From Candidatus Omnitrophota bacterium (GTDB lineage Bacteria; Omnitrophota; Gorgyraeia; 2-01-FULL-45-10), in assembly GCA_030695905.1 (NCBI GenBank), contig JAUYOL010000036.1, positions 118,814-182,813 on the forward strand: 64,000 bases of DNA, in the 5' to 3' direction. The position numbers were made by a program, and so were the translations under genes. The first letter of the stretch is position 1. Each line of letters begins with the position of its first letter. Positions 9,403-19,569 of this stretch are shown here, in pieces. The notes beneath the pieces were generated by a model. The model saw only the letters and a program-made list of their open reading frames with translations, did no database searches and was not told the DNA's origin.

Positions 9403-10340
9403 CTGCTACCCTTTATTGTCCTGCTAATACCCTCTTCCATAGTAAACGGCGGTTTCCAGCCCAGTAAATTGCTTATTTTGCCGCTATCAACGGTAAGGGC
9501 CCCTGCTAGCTTCTCTAACTCTTCATTCCTGCCTATGATTTTGGATAGCGCCTTTAAAATTCCGGGATATAAAGAAAATAAAACCGCCTTCTTACCCATA
9601 GCGCGAGCGAGCATCTTTATTAGATCCGGTGTAGACACATCGTCGCAATCGCTTACCATAAAAGTCTCGCCTGCCGCCAGCGGATGACTAATACAAGTAA
9701 TAATGGCATCCATCAAATTACCGATGTAAAGAAAGCTGCGCCGATTGTTGATACTTTTAAGCGGTAATGGCAGGCCAATGCCTACAATTTTAATTAAATT
9801 CTTAAAATTAGCCTTCACCCCCGGCCCATAAACCAAGGGAAGCCGCAGAACAACTACTTGAAGGCCGGTTTCAGCGGCTACGCGAGCCAAGGAATCTTCA
9901 GCTTCCCGCTTACTGATACCATAAGCATCTTTTGGCTCAGGAGGATCGTTTTCAGTATACGACCGCCTAGATCCCTCGCCATTTACTTTGACTGAACTGA
10001 TAAAGATAAATTTGTTAATTCCCGCCCTTGCAGCCATACGCGCCAAACGCTCCGTGCCCCGAACATTAACTTTACGAAAAACTTCAAGTGAATCCACGGC
10101 AGACTCTTTAGTAATATGGGCGCGCGCTGCTAAATGGATGACCGTATCCACTTTAGCTAAAACTTGCTGCCAATCCGTTGACTCGTTTATATCTCCCACT
10201 TTAATATATTCATCAACCCCGGAAATATACCGTACATTATTGCGTATAGCCACACGGACAGAATAGCCTTTTTCTTTCAAAAGAGCGCACAGATTGCGCC
10301 CTATAAATCCCGTTGCGCCTGTTACGAGAACTACTGACAT
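9399..10340 (-). CDS. NAD-dependent sugar epimerase/dehydratase
   Basis: VLVTGATGFIGRNL Rossmann motif; YGISK (YxxxK). Confidence 0.7.
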   Translation of the reverse strand: MSVVLVTGATGFIGRNLCALLKEKGYSVRVAIRNNVRYISGVDEYIKVGDINESTDWQQVLAKVDTVIHLAARAHITKESAVDSLEVFRKVNVRGTERLARMAARAGINKFIFISSVKVNGEGSRRSYTENDPPEPKDAYGISKREAEDSLARVAAETGLQVVVLRLPLVYGPGVKANFKNLIKIVGIGLPLPLKSINNRRSFLYIGNLMDAIITCISHPLAAGETFMVSDCDDVSTPDLIKMLARAMGKKAVLFSLYPGILKALSKIIGRNEELEKLAGALTVDSGKISNLLGWKPPFTMEEGISRTIKGSR

Positions 10341-10344
10341 AAAA

Positions 10345-11463
10345 TCAACTCAAAATCCTTTGTATTTCTTTAAGATATGCGTCTACAACCATGGCTTCTT
10401 CAAATTTTCTTTTTACTTTATCGCGGCCGGCCTTACCCATCCTTAAGCGCTCCTCGGGTCTCAGTTCTATCATCTTGCCGAATGAATCGGCTAACGCCTG
10501 AGTGTCTTTGACGGGCACGGAAAAACCATCGATCCCTTCATCTACCACCTCGCGGCAGCCGATCGCGTCAGTTGTGATTATCGGTTTCTCCATGGCTAAT
10601 GCCTCTAAGAGAGACTTCGGGATTCCCTCGCGGTAGGACGGCAATACCACACAATCCGACCCGCAGATAAACGGCCTGACATCCTTAACTTCACCGTGGT
10701 AAACAATAATACCTTCCTTTTCCCAACTCTTTATTATTTCCATGCCGACCGCCGCTGGATTACCCGGGTCTATTATACCCACCAGCCAAAACTGTGTTTT
10801 CGGGTATTTTTGTCTCGTAAGTCTGGCGGCTTCAACAAATTCTTTCAGCCCCTTATCCCATAAAAACCTTCCCGTAAATAGAAAAACGAATGAGTCGTCG
10901 CCTCTTTTTAAAGAACCGCAAAAATCCGGACTGAAAAAATTTGTATTCACTCCGGATCCGTTCACGAGTACTGCCTTATTCCTCTTTATAATGCCTTTTC
11001 TTACGAACAGGTTCAGATCGTCCTTATTCTGAAAAAAAGTAGTCCTTGCAAAATGGCACCCTATCTTATAAAGGAATTTTATCAATTGATAAACCGGGCT
11101 TTTCTTAATAAAGAGATACCCTAAACCCGATATATTATCGATACATGGCACGCCCGCCAAAGCGGCTGCCACGGCGCCATAGATATTCGGCTTTGGAGTG
11201 TAGTGCACGGCTATATCGGGCCTTTCTTTTCGATATATCCTGTAAAGAGCGATGGTCTGCTTCAGATCCGTAAACAGGTTCATGCCCTTCCGGTCAATAA
11301 CCAAAGGAATGAAGCTAAAGCCCTTGCTTGTCACTTCATCCGCGTAGCCATTATCCTGGGCGCAGAATATCACATCATAACCTTTGGATTTCAAGCCCTT
11401 CATCAAGCCGACCCGAAAGTTGCGGATGGTCAAAGTCGTGTTGGATACGATTATTGCTTTCAT
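10345..11463 (-). CDS. GT4-family glycosyltransferase
   Basis: C-terminal Glycos_transf_1 signature EGIPKSLLEALAMEKPIITTD. Confidence 0.75.
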   Translation of the reverse strand: MKAIIVSNTTLTIRNFRVGLMKGLKSKGYDVIFCAQDNGYADEVTSKGFSFIPLVIDRKGMNLFTDLKQTIALYRIYRKERPDIAVHYTPKPNIYGAVAAALAGVPCIDNISGLGYLFIKKSPVYQLIKFLYKIGCHFARTTFFQNKDDLNLFVRKGIIKRNKAVLVNGSGVNTNFFSPDFCGSLKRGDDSFVFLFTGRFLWDKGLKEFVEAARLTRQKYPKTQFWLVGIIDPGNPAAVGMEIIKSWEKEGIIVYHGEVKDVRPFICGSDCVVLPSYREGIPKSLLEALAMEKPIITTDAIGCREVVDEGIDGFSVPVKDTQALADSFGKMIELRPEERLRMGKAGRDKVKRKFEEAMVVDAYLKEIQRILS

Positions 11464-12878
11464 TCGGCCTTTTGTTTCTTTTTGATCTTCAGGCTATCGA
11501 GAAAAACCGTAAAACCCGCTATGCCCAAAGCCACCAAGGTTGTAATATACGGGTATCTCATACGATATAATGTCCCGATATTACTGATTGTCAGCCCATA
11601 GATAAGCATCATATAAACACAAAACGCAAAAATTGTCCAAATCTCAGCCCGTTTACGCCAGCGCCAGATCGCACACGGCAAAAATAGCAAAGCAAAATAC
11701 ACGACCATCATTTCATAAGAAGCTACCCTGCGCATCAAATAACTCCCCCGATATGTGCCCTCGCTAAACCACTGAGTCGGAAAAGGCGCCAGGAAGGCGA
11801 TCTGGGCCGCTCGGGGTAAATAGATTAGCATGTCTTTAGCGTTGCCAAATCCGATATCACAATCAATATTGCTCCTGGCTTCAGGGGCGCTCCCGCGAAA
11901 ACCCCGCCTTATTATAGCCAGGTGGCATGCATTGCGGTCAATAAATAAAGGGAGCCAGGACGACCTTTTCCAGCACATATCAATATTATTCTTTTCAATT
12001 ATTGTTCCTGCATCAGCTTCTACAACTATGGGGCTTTCAATTGTAGAGGATATATTCTGTACTGAGGATTTTTCGGCGTGGAACTGAGCGCTTACAACAC
12101 TTTTTTTTAAATCGGCTGGGTGTAACTGCGCTGATATTAAAAGTATAAATAGCATATCCAATAAAATGAGCGCTGTTTTATGCCATGATATATCTTTTTT
12201 AAATGCCCTGATAAAGAGTACTAAAAAAAGTATGGAAAAAAATGAAATTACAAACGGCATTACAATCATTAACATATAAGAACGCACAAGCCACAGTAGA
12301 ATAAAACCGCAAATACAAAAGATAATTGAATAAAAACTGATAGAAAACCAACTAACGGCTTTATTGCTCGCTAATTTGACTAATGAAACTAGGCCGTACA
12401 AAAGCATTACTACGCCTAATACGCTAAAGATATCTTTATGTAATTGAGCGGTCCACTGCAGGTTTGATGGAAAGACTAAAAAAGGTAAAGCACAAAGGAT
12501 CGATTTGAACTTATTGTTTATAAATAAATCCAGAAGGTTAACCAAGACCAGCGCGGCGCTTGCATGCAAGGCGGCATTTAGAGGGATGAGTATCCTGGCA
12601 TTCGGTAAAAAAACATAAAATATAGATGCTATACCGGATACAACATGGCCTTCCGGCTTTAATTGCCATGCCGACCAGCCTTGGGCGTGAATTTTATTGG
12701 CCGATTCCAAGGCTAATTTATGAAAACCAATGCTATCGAAAGAACAAATAAGCAGTCCGCTGCCGGCATGCAAACCTGGGAAGACATACGGTAATAACAC
12801 AAACTGCACAAAAGCGGAAACACAGAATGTATAAAAGAAAAAGATGCACCATAATTTTAGATTATTTATTTTATCCAT
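11460..12878 (-). CDS. Polytopic membrane protein, function unknown (possible Wzy-like polymerase)
   Basis: 472 aa, 10 or more hydrophobic segments, with a roughly 120 aa soluble loop. No diagnostic motif recognised. Confidence 0.35.
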   Translation of the reverse strand: MDKINNLKLWCIFFFYTFCVSAFVQFVLLPYVFPGLHAGSGLLICSFDSIGFHKLALESANKIHAQGWSAWQLKPEGHVVSGIASIFYVFLPNARILIPLNAALHASAALVLVNLLDLFINNKFKSILCALPFLVFPSNLQWTAQLHKDIFSVLGVVMLLYGLVSLVKLASNKAVSWFSISFYSIIFCICGFILLWLVRSYMLMIVMPFVISFFSILFLVLFIRAFKKDISWHKTALILLDMLFILLISAQLHPADLKKSVVSAQFHAEKSSVQNISSTIESPIVVEADAGTIIEKNNIDMCWKRSSWLPLFIDRNACHLAIIRRGFRGSAPEARSNIDCDIGFGNAKDMLIYLPRAAQIAFLAPFPTQWFSEGTYRGSYLMRRVASYEMMVVYFALLFLPCAIWRWRKRAEIWTIFAFCVYMMLIYGLTISNIGTLYRMRYPYITTLVALGIAGFTVFLDSLKIKKKQKAE

Positions 12879-13822
12879 CGAAACTTGCCTTCTATTTTAC
12901 GGTCATGCAACCATTTCCATGCCGTATACGGTAGGTACGTCAAAATATACAATACAAAAAATACGGAGGCAGCAAATCTGTATGGCGCCAGTTCGGACCT
13001 GGCAGATTTCGGATCATGTTTTTCCACGTGTACTTTCGCCTGCCAATATGCCAGCTTTGCCTCATAATACCTGATCTCGGAAGCATATTTTAGTTCTATC
13101 GAATCGTCAATTTTTTTTAACTTATTTAATATGTACCTCATTTCCATTGGATGCATATGATGAAGTTTTTTGCTACTCATATCCCCATGGATACGATAAA
13201 TTGCAAGCGGCTCGTCGATATATAATGCTTGTAATTTTAAAAGAATTCTCATAAAAAAATCAAATTCTTCTGACAGACCAAGTTTTTCGTCAAATTTCTC
13301 ATCAAGTCTCTTGACAGCGCTCATCCTGAGCATTGCAGTCTGCAAAGCAACCGGATAATTATACAAGAAACTCCCGAAAACATTTCCTTCCGGCTGCTGT
13401 CCGCTCAAAGCGGGTATTAAATTGCCTGTTTTTGGCATTATTAACCTAAAGTAGTTGCCGTAAACAAAATCGATATCACTTCTATTGTTTAATGCGCCTA
13501 CCTGCTTTTCAAGAGTTCTTGGCAGCCATTTATCATCGCAATCTAAAAATGCCAGATACTGCCCTCTAGCTTCGGCCATAGCAAGATTCCTGGCCTTGCC
13601 AAGCACGAAACATTGATCGCTTTTAAAATAACGCAGCTTTGGGCCATAGCTTTTCGCAATACCGGCGCTCCCATCGGTAGACGCATTATCCCAAAAGATG
13701 ATCTCCCAATCGGTATAACTTTGTGCATATATACTGCCGAGAGCTTCTCGTAAATACTCCTCACCGTTCCTGCAGTTCATTATTACACTTACGAGAGGAT
13801 TGGCAACACTCGCTTTATCCAT
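12866..13822 (-). CDS. GT2-family glycosyltransferase
   Basis: VSVIMNCRNGEEYLREALGSIYAQSY...WDNASTDGS (GT2 N-terminal motif with DxD region). The start is placed at the ATG at 13822 (MDKAS...), which removes the overlap with the upstream gene. The track ORF extends to 13906. Confidence 0.75.
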   Translation of the reverse strand: MDKASVANPLVSVIMNCRNGEEYLREALGSIYAQSYTDWEIIFWDNASTDGSAGIAKSYGPKLRYFKSDQCFVLGKARNLAMAEARGQYLAFLDCDDKWLPRTLEKQVGALNNRSDIDFVYGNYFRLIMPKTGNLIPALSGQQPEGNVFGSFLYNYPVALQTAMLRMSAVKRLDEKFDEKLGLSEEFDFFMRILLKLQALYIDEPLAIYRIHGDMSSKKLHHMHPMEMRYILNKLKKIDDSIELKYASEIRYYEAKLAYWQAKVHVEKHDPKSARSELAPYRFAASVFFVLYILTYLPYTAWKWLHDRKIEGKFRWIK

Positions 13823-13826
13823 GACT

Positions 13827-14264
13827 CTATTTCCAGGCATATGGGATTGCTGCATCGGTAGGGCCAGCCCTTTTGATCTCGTTCGGATCATGGGGCATGT
13901 CAGCACAATTTGCTATAAGTGCCGGGATATCGGACATTCCTTTAAAACCGTACCATAACATAGGTGGTATTTTTACTAAACAGTAATTGTCCTCCCCTAT
14001 CTCCATTTCCAGCATTTCACCCTTGGTTGAAGAACCCTCCCTGTCATCGAATATGACTAATTTAACCTTGCCTACCGGGACTGCAAAACACTGCGTCATC
14101 TTCAAATGCTTTCTCCATGCCTTCACTACGCCGCTATTTACGGAAGAAAAATATATTTCTCCGAATGCCGTAAAAAGGGGCGAGTCCCGCCTGATCATGT
14201 GCATAACCTTGCCGCGGTTATCTTCTATCTTTTGCAACTTCTCTGTCAAAACGCCGCCTATCAT
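13827..14264 (-). CDS. Cupin-fold sugar-nucleotide isomerase, WxcM/FdtA-like (3,4-ketoisomerase family)
   Basis: About 146 aa. EDNRGKV...FGEIYFS...GVVKAWRKH pattern and length resemble FdtA/QdtA. The start is placed at M18 of the track ORF (14264), 4 nt after the upstream stop. Confidence 0.5.
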   Translation of the reverse strand: MIGGVLTEKLQKIEDNRGKVMHMIRRDSPLFTAFGEIYFSSVNSGVVKAWRKHLKMTQCFAVPVGKVKLVIFDDREGSSTKGEMLEMEIGEDNYCLVKIPPMLWYGFKGMSDIPALIANCADMPHDPNEIKRAGPTDAAIPYAWK

Positions 14265-14268
14265 ATCT

Positions 14269-15393
14269 CTAATCCTTCGCCCAATTAAGATTATGGGTTC
14301 GTGCCTCTGAAACATAATAATCTATCTGCTGCGCCGTAAAATCTAACATGCTCTTACTCTTGTCCTTATAATATTTCTCATACCATTCGGCTGCCATCTT
14401 TATGGTATCGGGAAAAGACAGTATCGCGTGCCAACCAAGTAGTCTTAGGGCCTTGTCGCTGGATACTTTTAAAAACATGCTTTCCCGTGATATTTTTTTC
14501 TCGCTTAAATACTTCCATTTATTATTTCCGCCGAAATACCCCGAAAACAGCTTAATAAGCTCTCTCACCGATTTGCCCATCTCATGGCTCGGGCCGAAAT
14601 TAAATGACTCGCCGCATAGTTTATTGGATTCGCAGACTCTTGCCCCCAACCATAAATATCCGCTTAATGGTTCGAGAACGTGCTGCCATGGCCTCGTTGC
14701 TTTAGGATTTCTGATAAGCACCTGTCTGTCAGCGCTCCATGCCCTGACACAGTCCGGCACCAATCTATCGGCGGCCCAATCCCCTCCCCCTATCACGTTC
14801 CCTGCCCTGGCTGTAACCATTTTACAATTATTATAAGGTCTGCTGAAAAAAGATTTAACGTATGAATGACAGACCAGTTCGGCACACGCCTTCGAAGTAC
14901 CGTAGGGATCGTTTCCGCCGAGCTCATCTGTCTCCCTGTATCCCCATTCCCATTCCATGTTCTTATAACATTTGTCGCTTGTTATCATTACGCCTACAAT
15001 TTTAGTCTGCATGTGGCGCATACACTCCAGGACATTGACGGTACCCAGGACATTAGTCTCAAAAGTCGTTTTCGGATCAAGGTAGGCCTTGTTTACAATA
15101 GGTTGGGCAGCCAAGTGAAATACAAAATCGGGTCTATGTTTTACGAATACTTTTTTCAGAAAGTCGTAGTCCCGCACATCCCCTTTTATGTGCTCGATAA
15201 ATTTATTAATCCTGCAAACCGAGAATAAACATGGATTAGACGGCAAATATGATGAATATCCTATTACTTTAGCGCCTAATAAATTTAACCATACAGAAAG
15301 CCACGACCCCTTAAAACCCGTGTCTCCGGTAACTAATACCGTCTTTCCTTTGTAGGCATTTTTAAGATCCGCTTTATTTTTAAGTCTACTCAT
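14269..15393 (-). CDS. rfbG: CDP-glucose 4,6-dehydratase
   Basis: VLVTGDTGFKGSWLSVWL: the TGFKGSWL motif is typical of the CDP-glucose 4,6-dehydratase (RfbG/DdhB) subgroup. 374 aa. Confidence 0.7.
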   Translation of the reverse strand: MSRLKNKADLKNAYKGKTVLVTGDTGFKGSWLSVWLNLLGAKVIGYSSYLPSNPCLFSVCRINKFIEHIKGDVRDYDFLKKVFVKHRPDFVFHLAAQPIVNKAYLDPKTTFETNVLGTVNVLECMRHMQTKIVGVMITSDKCYKNMEWEWGYRETDELGGNDPYGTSKACAELVCHSYVKSFFSRPYNNCKMVTARAGNVIGGGDWAADRLVPDCVRAWSADRQVLIRNPKATRPWQHVLEPLSGYLWLGARVCESNKLCGESFNFGPSHEMGKSVRELIKLFSGYFGGNNKWKYLSEKKISRESMFLKVSSDKALRLLGWHAILSFPDTIKMAAEWYEKYYKDKSKSMLDFTAQQIDYYVSEARTHNLNWAKD

Positions 15394-15452
15394 ATCATCT
15401 CCCGGTTATATTATATTAGTTATGATTAGAACGAACAAGTCAATTTTATCTA
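15394..15452 (-). promoter_or_regulatory. AT-rich 59-bp intergenic spacer between the aminotransferase and the CDP-glucose dehydratase; possible internal promoter/RBS region
   Basis: One of the few non-overlapping junctions in the block, and markedly AT-rich. No consensus -35/-10 identified. Confidence 0.15.
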
Positions 15453-16568
15453 TCAGTAAAAAACTTTTATTCTCTTTACTATATAGGCCTGATCCTTTTT
15501 GGTAACGTCCGGATGTAAGGGAATACTAAGCAGTTCGCTATGCATTTTCTCCGTTATCGGCAAATGAACGTTGCCTTTTTCATAATACTTTAAAAGATGG
15601 TTGGGATAATAATGAATACCGCATTCTATACCGCTGTCTATCAAATGCTGTCTCAAGCTGTCCCTCTTGTCTTTTTTTACCTTTATCGGAAATATATGCG
15701 GCACCACTTTATCATAATCGCATGGAAATAAAGATATGCCGGAAAGATCTCCCAACTCACTACAATATCTTTTGGCCAATTCTTGCCTGCAAGGTTTGAA
15801 TTCTTTTTCAAACCTGGCAAGTTGGGTAATACCTATTGCCGCAAACAGATTACTCATATGATACCGGTACCCCTGATGAAAGACATTGAATTCCCAGCTT
15901 CTCTGACCCTTATATCTCTTTTCAGTATCTTTATGAATACCCAAAAGCCTGGCGTCCATAACGAACCGGATCACCGTGGGATCGTTTGTCACCACTGCGC
16001 CGCCCTCTCCGGAGGTTATATTCTTTATCCCGTCGAAACTGAAACATACCACATCCCCAAAAGAACCTATTTTTTTATCACTATAAACGGTCCCAAAAGC
16101 ATGGGCCGCGTCCTCCACTACCCTGAGTCCGTTTTTTTTCGCAAATTTATATACTTCATCGAGGTTACCCGGCCATCCGGCATAATGGACCGGCATTATG
16201 GCCCTGGTCCTTTTAGTCAACCGCTTCCCGGCATCTCTTAGATCTATAGTGCATGTTTCAGGCATTATCTCACATGGCACAGGACGAGCTCCCACAGCTG
16301 TTATGGCCTGAAAACATCCCACAAAGGTAAGCGATTGCACCAACACTTCATCGCCCGGGACGAGACCGATCCCCCTCAATGCAAGATGAAGAGCCGCCGT
16401 GCCCGAATTTACACAAATGACTTTCCCGCCTCCGACGTAACCTTCTAGCGCCTTTTCAAACTCATTGACATATTTTCCCATCCCCAGATAAGAATCGTCG
16501 ATAACCCTGCCTAATGCCTTCTTCTCAAGGTCTCCCACTATCGATTTAGATAGCCGTATTTTTTTCAT
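15453..16568 (-). CDS. DegT/DnrJ/EryC1/StrS-family PLP-dependent sugar aminotransferase
   Basis: SFDGIKNITSGEGG retains the Schiff-base Lys, so this is an aminotransferase rather than an E1-type dehydrase. MPVHYAGWPGNLDEV...VVEDAAHAFG. Confidence 0.8.
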   Translation of the reverse strand: MKKIRLSKSIVGDLEKKALGRVIDDSYLGMGKYVNEFEKALEGYVGGGKVICVNSGTAALHLALRGIGLVPGDEVLVQSLTFVGCFQAITAVGARPVPCEIMPETCTIDLRDAGKRLTKRTRAIMPVHYAGWPGNLDEVYKFAKKNGLRVVEDAAHAFGTVYSDKKIGSFGDVVCFSFDGIKNITSGEGGAVVTNDPTVIRFVMDARLLGIHKDTEKRYKGQRSWEFNVFHQGYRYHMSNLFAAIGITQLARFEKEFKPCRQELAKRYCSELGDLSGISLFPCDYDKVVPHIFPIKVKKDKRDSLRQHLIDSGIECGIHYYPNHLLKYYEKGNVHLPITEKMHSELLSIPLHPDVTKKDQAYIVKRIKVFY

Positions 16569-16580
16569 CTCACGATCTTT

Positions 16581-17417
16581 CTATGCCTTGGCCTCAACCC
16601 AATAAGTATCCCATCTGGTCTTCTTTTTAAACATGCCGTCCTGGATAACGCGGAATCCGGCCGATCTCATGGCATTAAAAAATTCATTTCTATTCCTTGA
16701 ATATCCCCAGAGCTGACCCCTTTCCTTCAGGCCCAGCGTTTCCAAAAATCGTCTCGATATATTTTTCAATTCATTTAACAGTATGTCAAAAAAGGCCGAT
16801 GGTTCAAAAGACCAACTGATCAGGATACACCTTCCACCTTTTAATAGACGAAATCTGACATTTTTAAGAAGCGCTGTTAATTGCTCCTGATCCAGACAAT
16901 ATTCAACTCCCGCAAGATAGATCACATCAAAACCAATATCCGGAGGGATACATCCCGGGAAAGTTCCCACAAATATTTTCTCTTCCGGCATATGTTTCCT
17001 TATCCATGCAAGCGATTCTCCCGACCCCTCCGCTATGCTGAGATTAAACGGACCTATACCCAGCAGCGCTTTTTCTATCATGCCTATGCCGCATCCAACT
17101 GATAATATCCTGATATCTCCCAAACCTGAAAATCCATCCCGCAAAAACTCAGCGGTCTGTATTTTTAATTCGACCCATTCCGGATCAAGCTCATCCCAAT
17201 CCCTGTATCTTCCCAACAGCTTTTTGTAATACTCTTTATAAAAATCAGCAGCCGCAATGCGGACGGGAGAAACGGCGATAAAATCCTTGAAACGGATACC
17301 GTGCCATTCGTTCTGGAAAATCTTTCTCATCTTAATCCTTCTCCGGACTTTTGGCGTATAAATATGGAAACCTTTTTGATAAAGTAAATGGGATCGCCCA
17401 GTAATTTCCATAAACAT
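16581..17417 (-). CDS. Class I SAM-dependent methyltransferase
   Basis: ILSVGCGIGMIE (motif I) and an acidic motif II region. Confidence 0.6.
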   Translation of the reverse strand: MFMEITGRSHLLYQKGFHIYTPKVRRRIKMRKIFQNEWHGIRFKDFIAVSPVRIAAADFYKEYYKKLLGRYRDWDELDPEWVELKIQTAEFLRDGFSGLGDIRILSVGCGIGMIEKALLGIGPFNLSIAEGSGESLAWIRKHMPEEKIFVGTFPGCIPPDIGFDVIYLAGVEYCLDQEQLTALLKNVRFRLLKGGRCILISWSFEPSAFFDILLNELKNISRRFLETLGLKERGQLWGYSRNRNEFFNAMRSAGFRVIQDGMFKKKTRWDTYWVEAKA

Positions 17418-18826
17418 TTTTTCAAAAAAAGCATCGGAGAATTTATGAAAAAACTCCTTAAAAGATATTTTTCGCCTTCTGCGAGTATTTTTTTCAATTT
17501 TTTACCATCAAATTCCGGCGTAGAGACAGCAAAACTCCTGATATGCAGATCGTCAAGAGTAAAATCACTGCAAAGATAATTTTGCTTTTTGCATATATCA
17601 TAAAGTTCCGAGCCAGGATAAGGAGTTGCTATAGAAATATGCGGCGTGAAGACGCCGAGCTCTCTGGAAAGGCTAAAACTGTCCCACATCTGATCCTCCG
17701 TCTCACCGGGCATACCGATGACAAGGAAAAGGCCTACGTTTAAACCGATGCTCTTTGCGTATTTAACCAGCGGCTTTACCTTATCAAGATTTAATGGTTT
17801 TTTTATCAACCTGTCGAGGACATCCTTATTTCCGGATTCTACTGCAAAGTTTATTGTGCGGCAACCGCTCTTCTTCATCTTATCTATAAGACATTCGCTT
17901 AAGGTCCATGCGGCTATGCCGTTAGGAGTGTCCCATTCCATATCCAGCCTACTCTGCACCATGCCGTCAAATATCGCCTCGGCTCTTTTCGAATCCAGCG
18001 TTAAATTGTCATCCTCAAACATTATCTCCTCTATACCGTATTCCGCTTTTATCTGTTTCAGTTCTTTTATTACATTCTCGCAAGAACGGGGCCTGAAAGA
18101 CCGACCCCATACCGCATATGCGGAACAAAACGAACATCTCGCCGGGCACCCTCTCGAAGTTATTACAGGAGAAAAACGCCTTTTCCTCCTGTCTCCATGG
18201 GAAGATCTTAACCCAAAATACTTGTCCATATTCAACAGATGCCTGGCAGGAAAAGGCAATGAATCCAAATCATCTATAAACCTTTTTTTTGGGAGCACTT
18301 TAATCCGGCTGTCTTTTCGGTATCCAAACCCATCTAGCCCTGAAAGATCACATCTGCCCTCCAATAAATGCACCAGGTCTATGATTGTGCGTTCTCCCTC
18401 GCCAAGGACCACATAATCTGTGTTGGGGTCGGAGAGGACAAGTTCCGGCATAACCGTTGGATGCGCTCCGCCTGCAACCGTAATAATCATATTATTTACT
18501 TTTTTTGCTATTTTATATATCTCATGCGCGTTCTGACGCTGAATCGTAAAAAGGTTGTTCACGCCCACGATATCAGGACCGTAAGATTCTATAATCTTCT
18601 CTATCTCCTTGAAAGAAAGCCCTATTCTTATCATCTTATCTGATATTTCAGCATGGTCACTCCAACCGTCTATCAAACAGTCTACTATTTTTGTTTCTAT
18701 ACCTTCTCTCTCTAAAACGGCTGCCAGGTACCCAAGCCCAAGCGGGGGCATCGGATTAATATCAATCCTGTCCTTAAATGTAACTGCCGGGGGGATAAAC
18801 AAAAGGGCCTTTTTTATCTTCTTCAT
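17327..18826 (-). CDS. Cobalamin-binding (class B) radical SAM enzyme
   Basis: VAGGAHPTVMPE in the B12 domain; RGCPARCSFCSA carries the CxxxCxxC motif. Confidence 0.8.
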   Translation of the reverse strand: MKKIKKALLFIPPAVTFKDRIDINPMPPLGLGYLAAVLEREGIETKIVDCLIDGWSDHAEISDKMIRIGLSFKEIEKIIESYGPDIVGVNNLFTIQRQNAHEIYKIAKKVNNMIITVAGGAHPTVMPELVLSDPNTDYVVLGEGERTIIDLVHLLEGRCDLSGLDGFGYRKDSRIKVLPKKRFIDDLDSLPFPARHLLNMDKYFGLRSSHGDRRKRRFSPVITSRGCPARCSFCSAYAVWGRSFRPRSCENVIKELKQIKAEYGIEEIMFEDDNLTLDSKRAEAIFDGMVQSRLDMEWDTPNGIAAWTLSECLIDKMKKSGCRTINFAVESGNKDVLDRLIKKPLNLDKVKPLVKYAKSIGLNVGLFLVIGMPGETEDQMWDSFSLSRELGVFTPHISIATPYPGSELYDICKKQNYLCSDFTLDDLHIRSFAVSTPEFDGKKLKKILAEGEKYLLRSFFINSPMLFLKKCLWKLLGDPIYFIKKVSIFIRQKSGEGLR

Positions 18827-19569
18827 ATCTTCATCCTTTTACCAAAAAAGGCATCGATAGCCATAATATCTCCGTGCGGACAATTCATCATCGGGTATTT
18901 CATTATTTGCGGACCAAAAACAGCTCTATTTTCCATAAACAGCTTACGTATATAGGCGGCAGGGCTTCCTAAAATCTGCCCACACGCCATATCCAACTTC
19001 CCTACCCCGTATTTAATCAAATCTATGGCCGCGTCTGCATCGCCTACTGTAAAGACACCGCGCCTTTTATAACAAAAATAACAGGCCTCTATAATACAAT
19101 AAATAATATCAAATTCGAGGGGCAGTTTGTCGTTGAAATTCTCCCAATCCATGACCCATGCAACACCATCGTCCATAAAGAGTATGTTATCAATTGAATA
19201 ATCGCCGTGGCTGAAATTGGTATCATCTATCCTGAATATGTCCATGTAATGGCTCAGGGCATTGCGTATCTTTCTATAATTCTTCGTAATAGGCAGCCCA
19301 AGGTCCCCAGGGATGCCGTCTTTGTACGACAATCTCAGCTGAAAGAATGTATCTTTATAAGCCCTGAATGACAATACAGGATTGCAGGCCAGATTCAATC
19401 TTTGGCCGTACCAGGTTAGGCCGTCATGCTCTCTCTTGATAGACCTGGCCCCGTCAGCATTAAAAGCGGTCTTGACTATGCCGACCGGAACCGCGCGCTC
19501 ATCCAGGTCCACCGCCACTTGAACAGAACTATCATGGGAACAATTGCGTATTAATTCCATTGAGTTCAT
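18823..19569 (-). CDS. APH/choline-kinase-fold phosphotransferase (small kinase)
   Basis: SHGDYSIDNILF is the HGDxxxxN catalytic loop and VMDWENF is the (I/V)DxE metal-binding motif of the aminoglycoside/choline kinase family. Confidence 0.55.
   Translation of the reverse strand: MNSMELIRNCSHDSSVQVAVDLDERAVPVGIVKTAFNADGARSIKREHDGLTWYGQRLNLACNPVLSFRAYKDTFFQLRLSYKDGIPGDLGLPITKNYRKIRNALSHYMDIFRIDDTNFSHGDYSIDNILFMDDGVAWVMDWENFNDKLPLEFDIIYCIIEACYFCYKRRGVFTVGDADAAIDLIKYGVGKLDMACGQILGSPAAYIRKLFMENRAVFGPQIMKYPMMNCPHGDIMAIDAFFGKRMKI

Noticed and set aside
1439-15228. All remaining short plus-strand ORFs (60-150 aa) listed in the track for this range and beyond
   Set aside because: Each lies wholly within a longer minus-strand CDS that carries clear enzyme motifs. 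None has a motif of its own, and the strand-uniform operon layout leaves no intergenic space for them.
17718-18416. 232-aa plus-strand ORF
   Set aside because: Antisense to the B12-radical SAM gene 17327-18826, Ser/Leu/Phe-rich and without motifs. Spurious.
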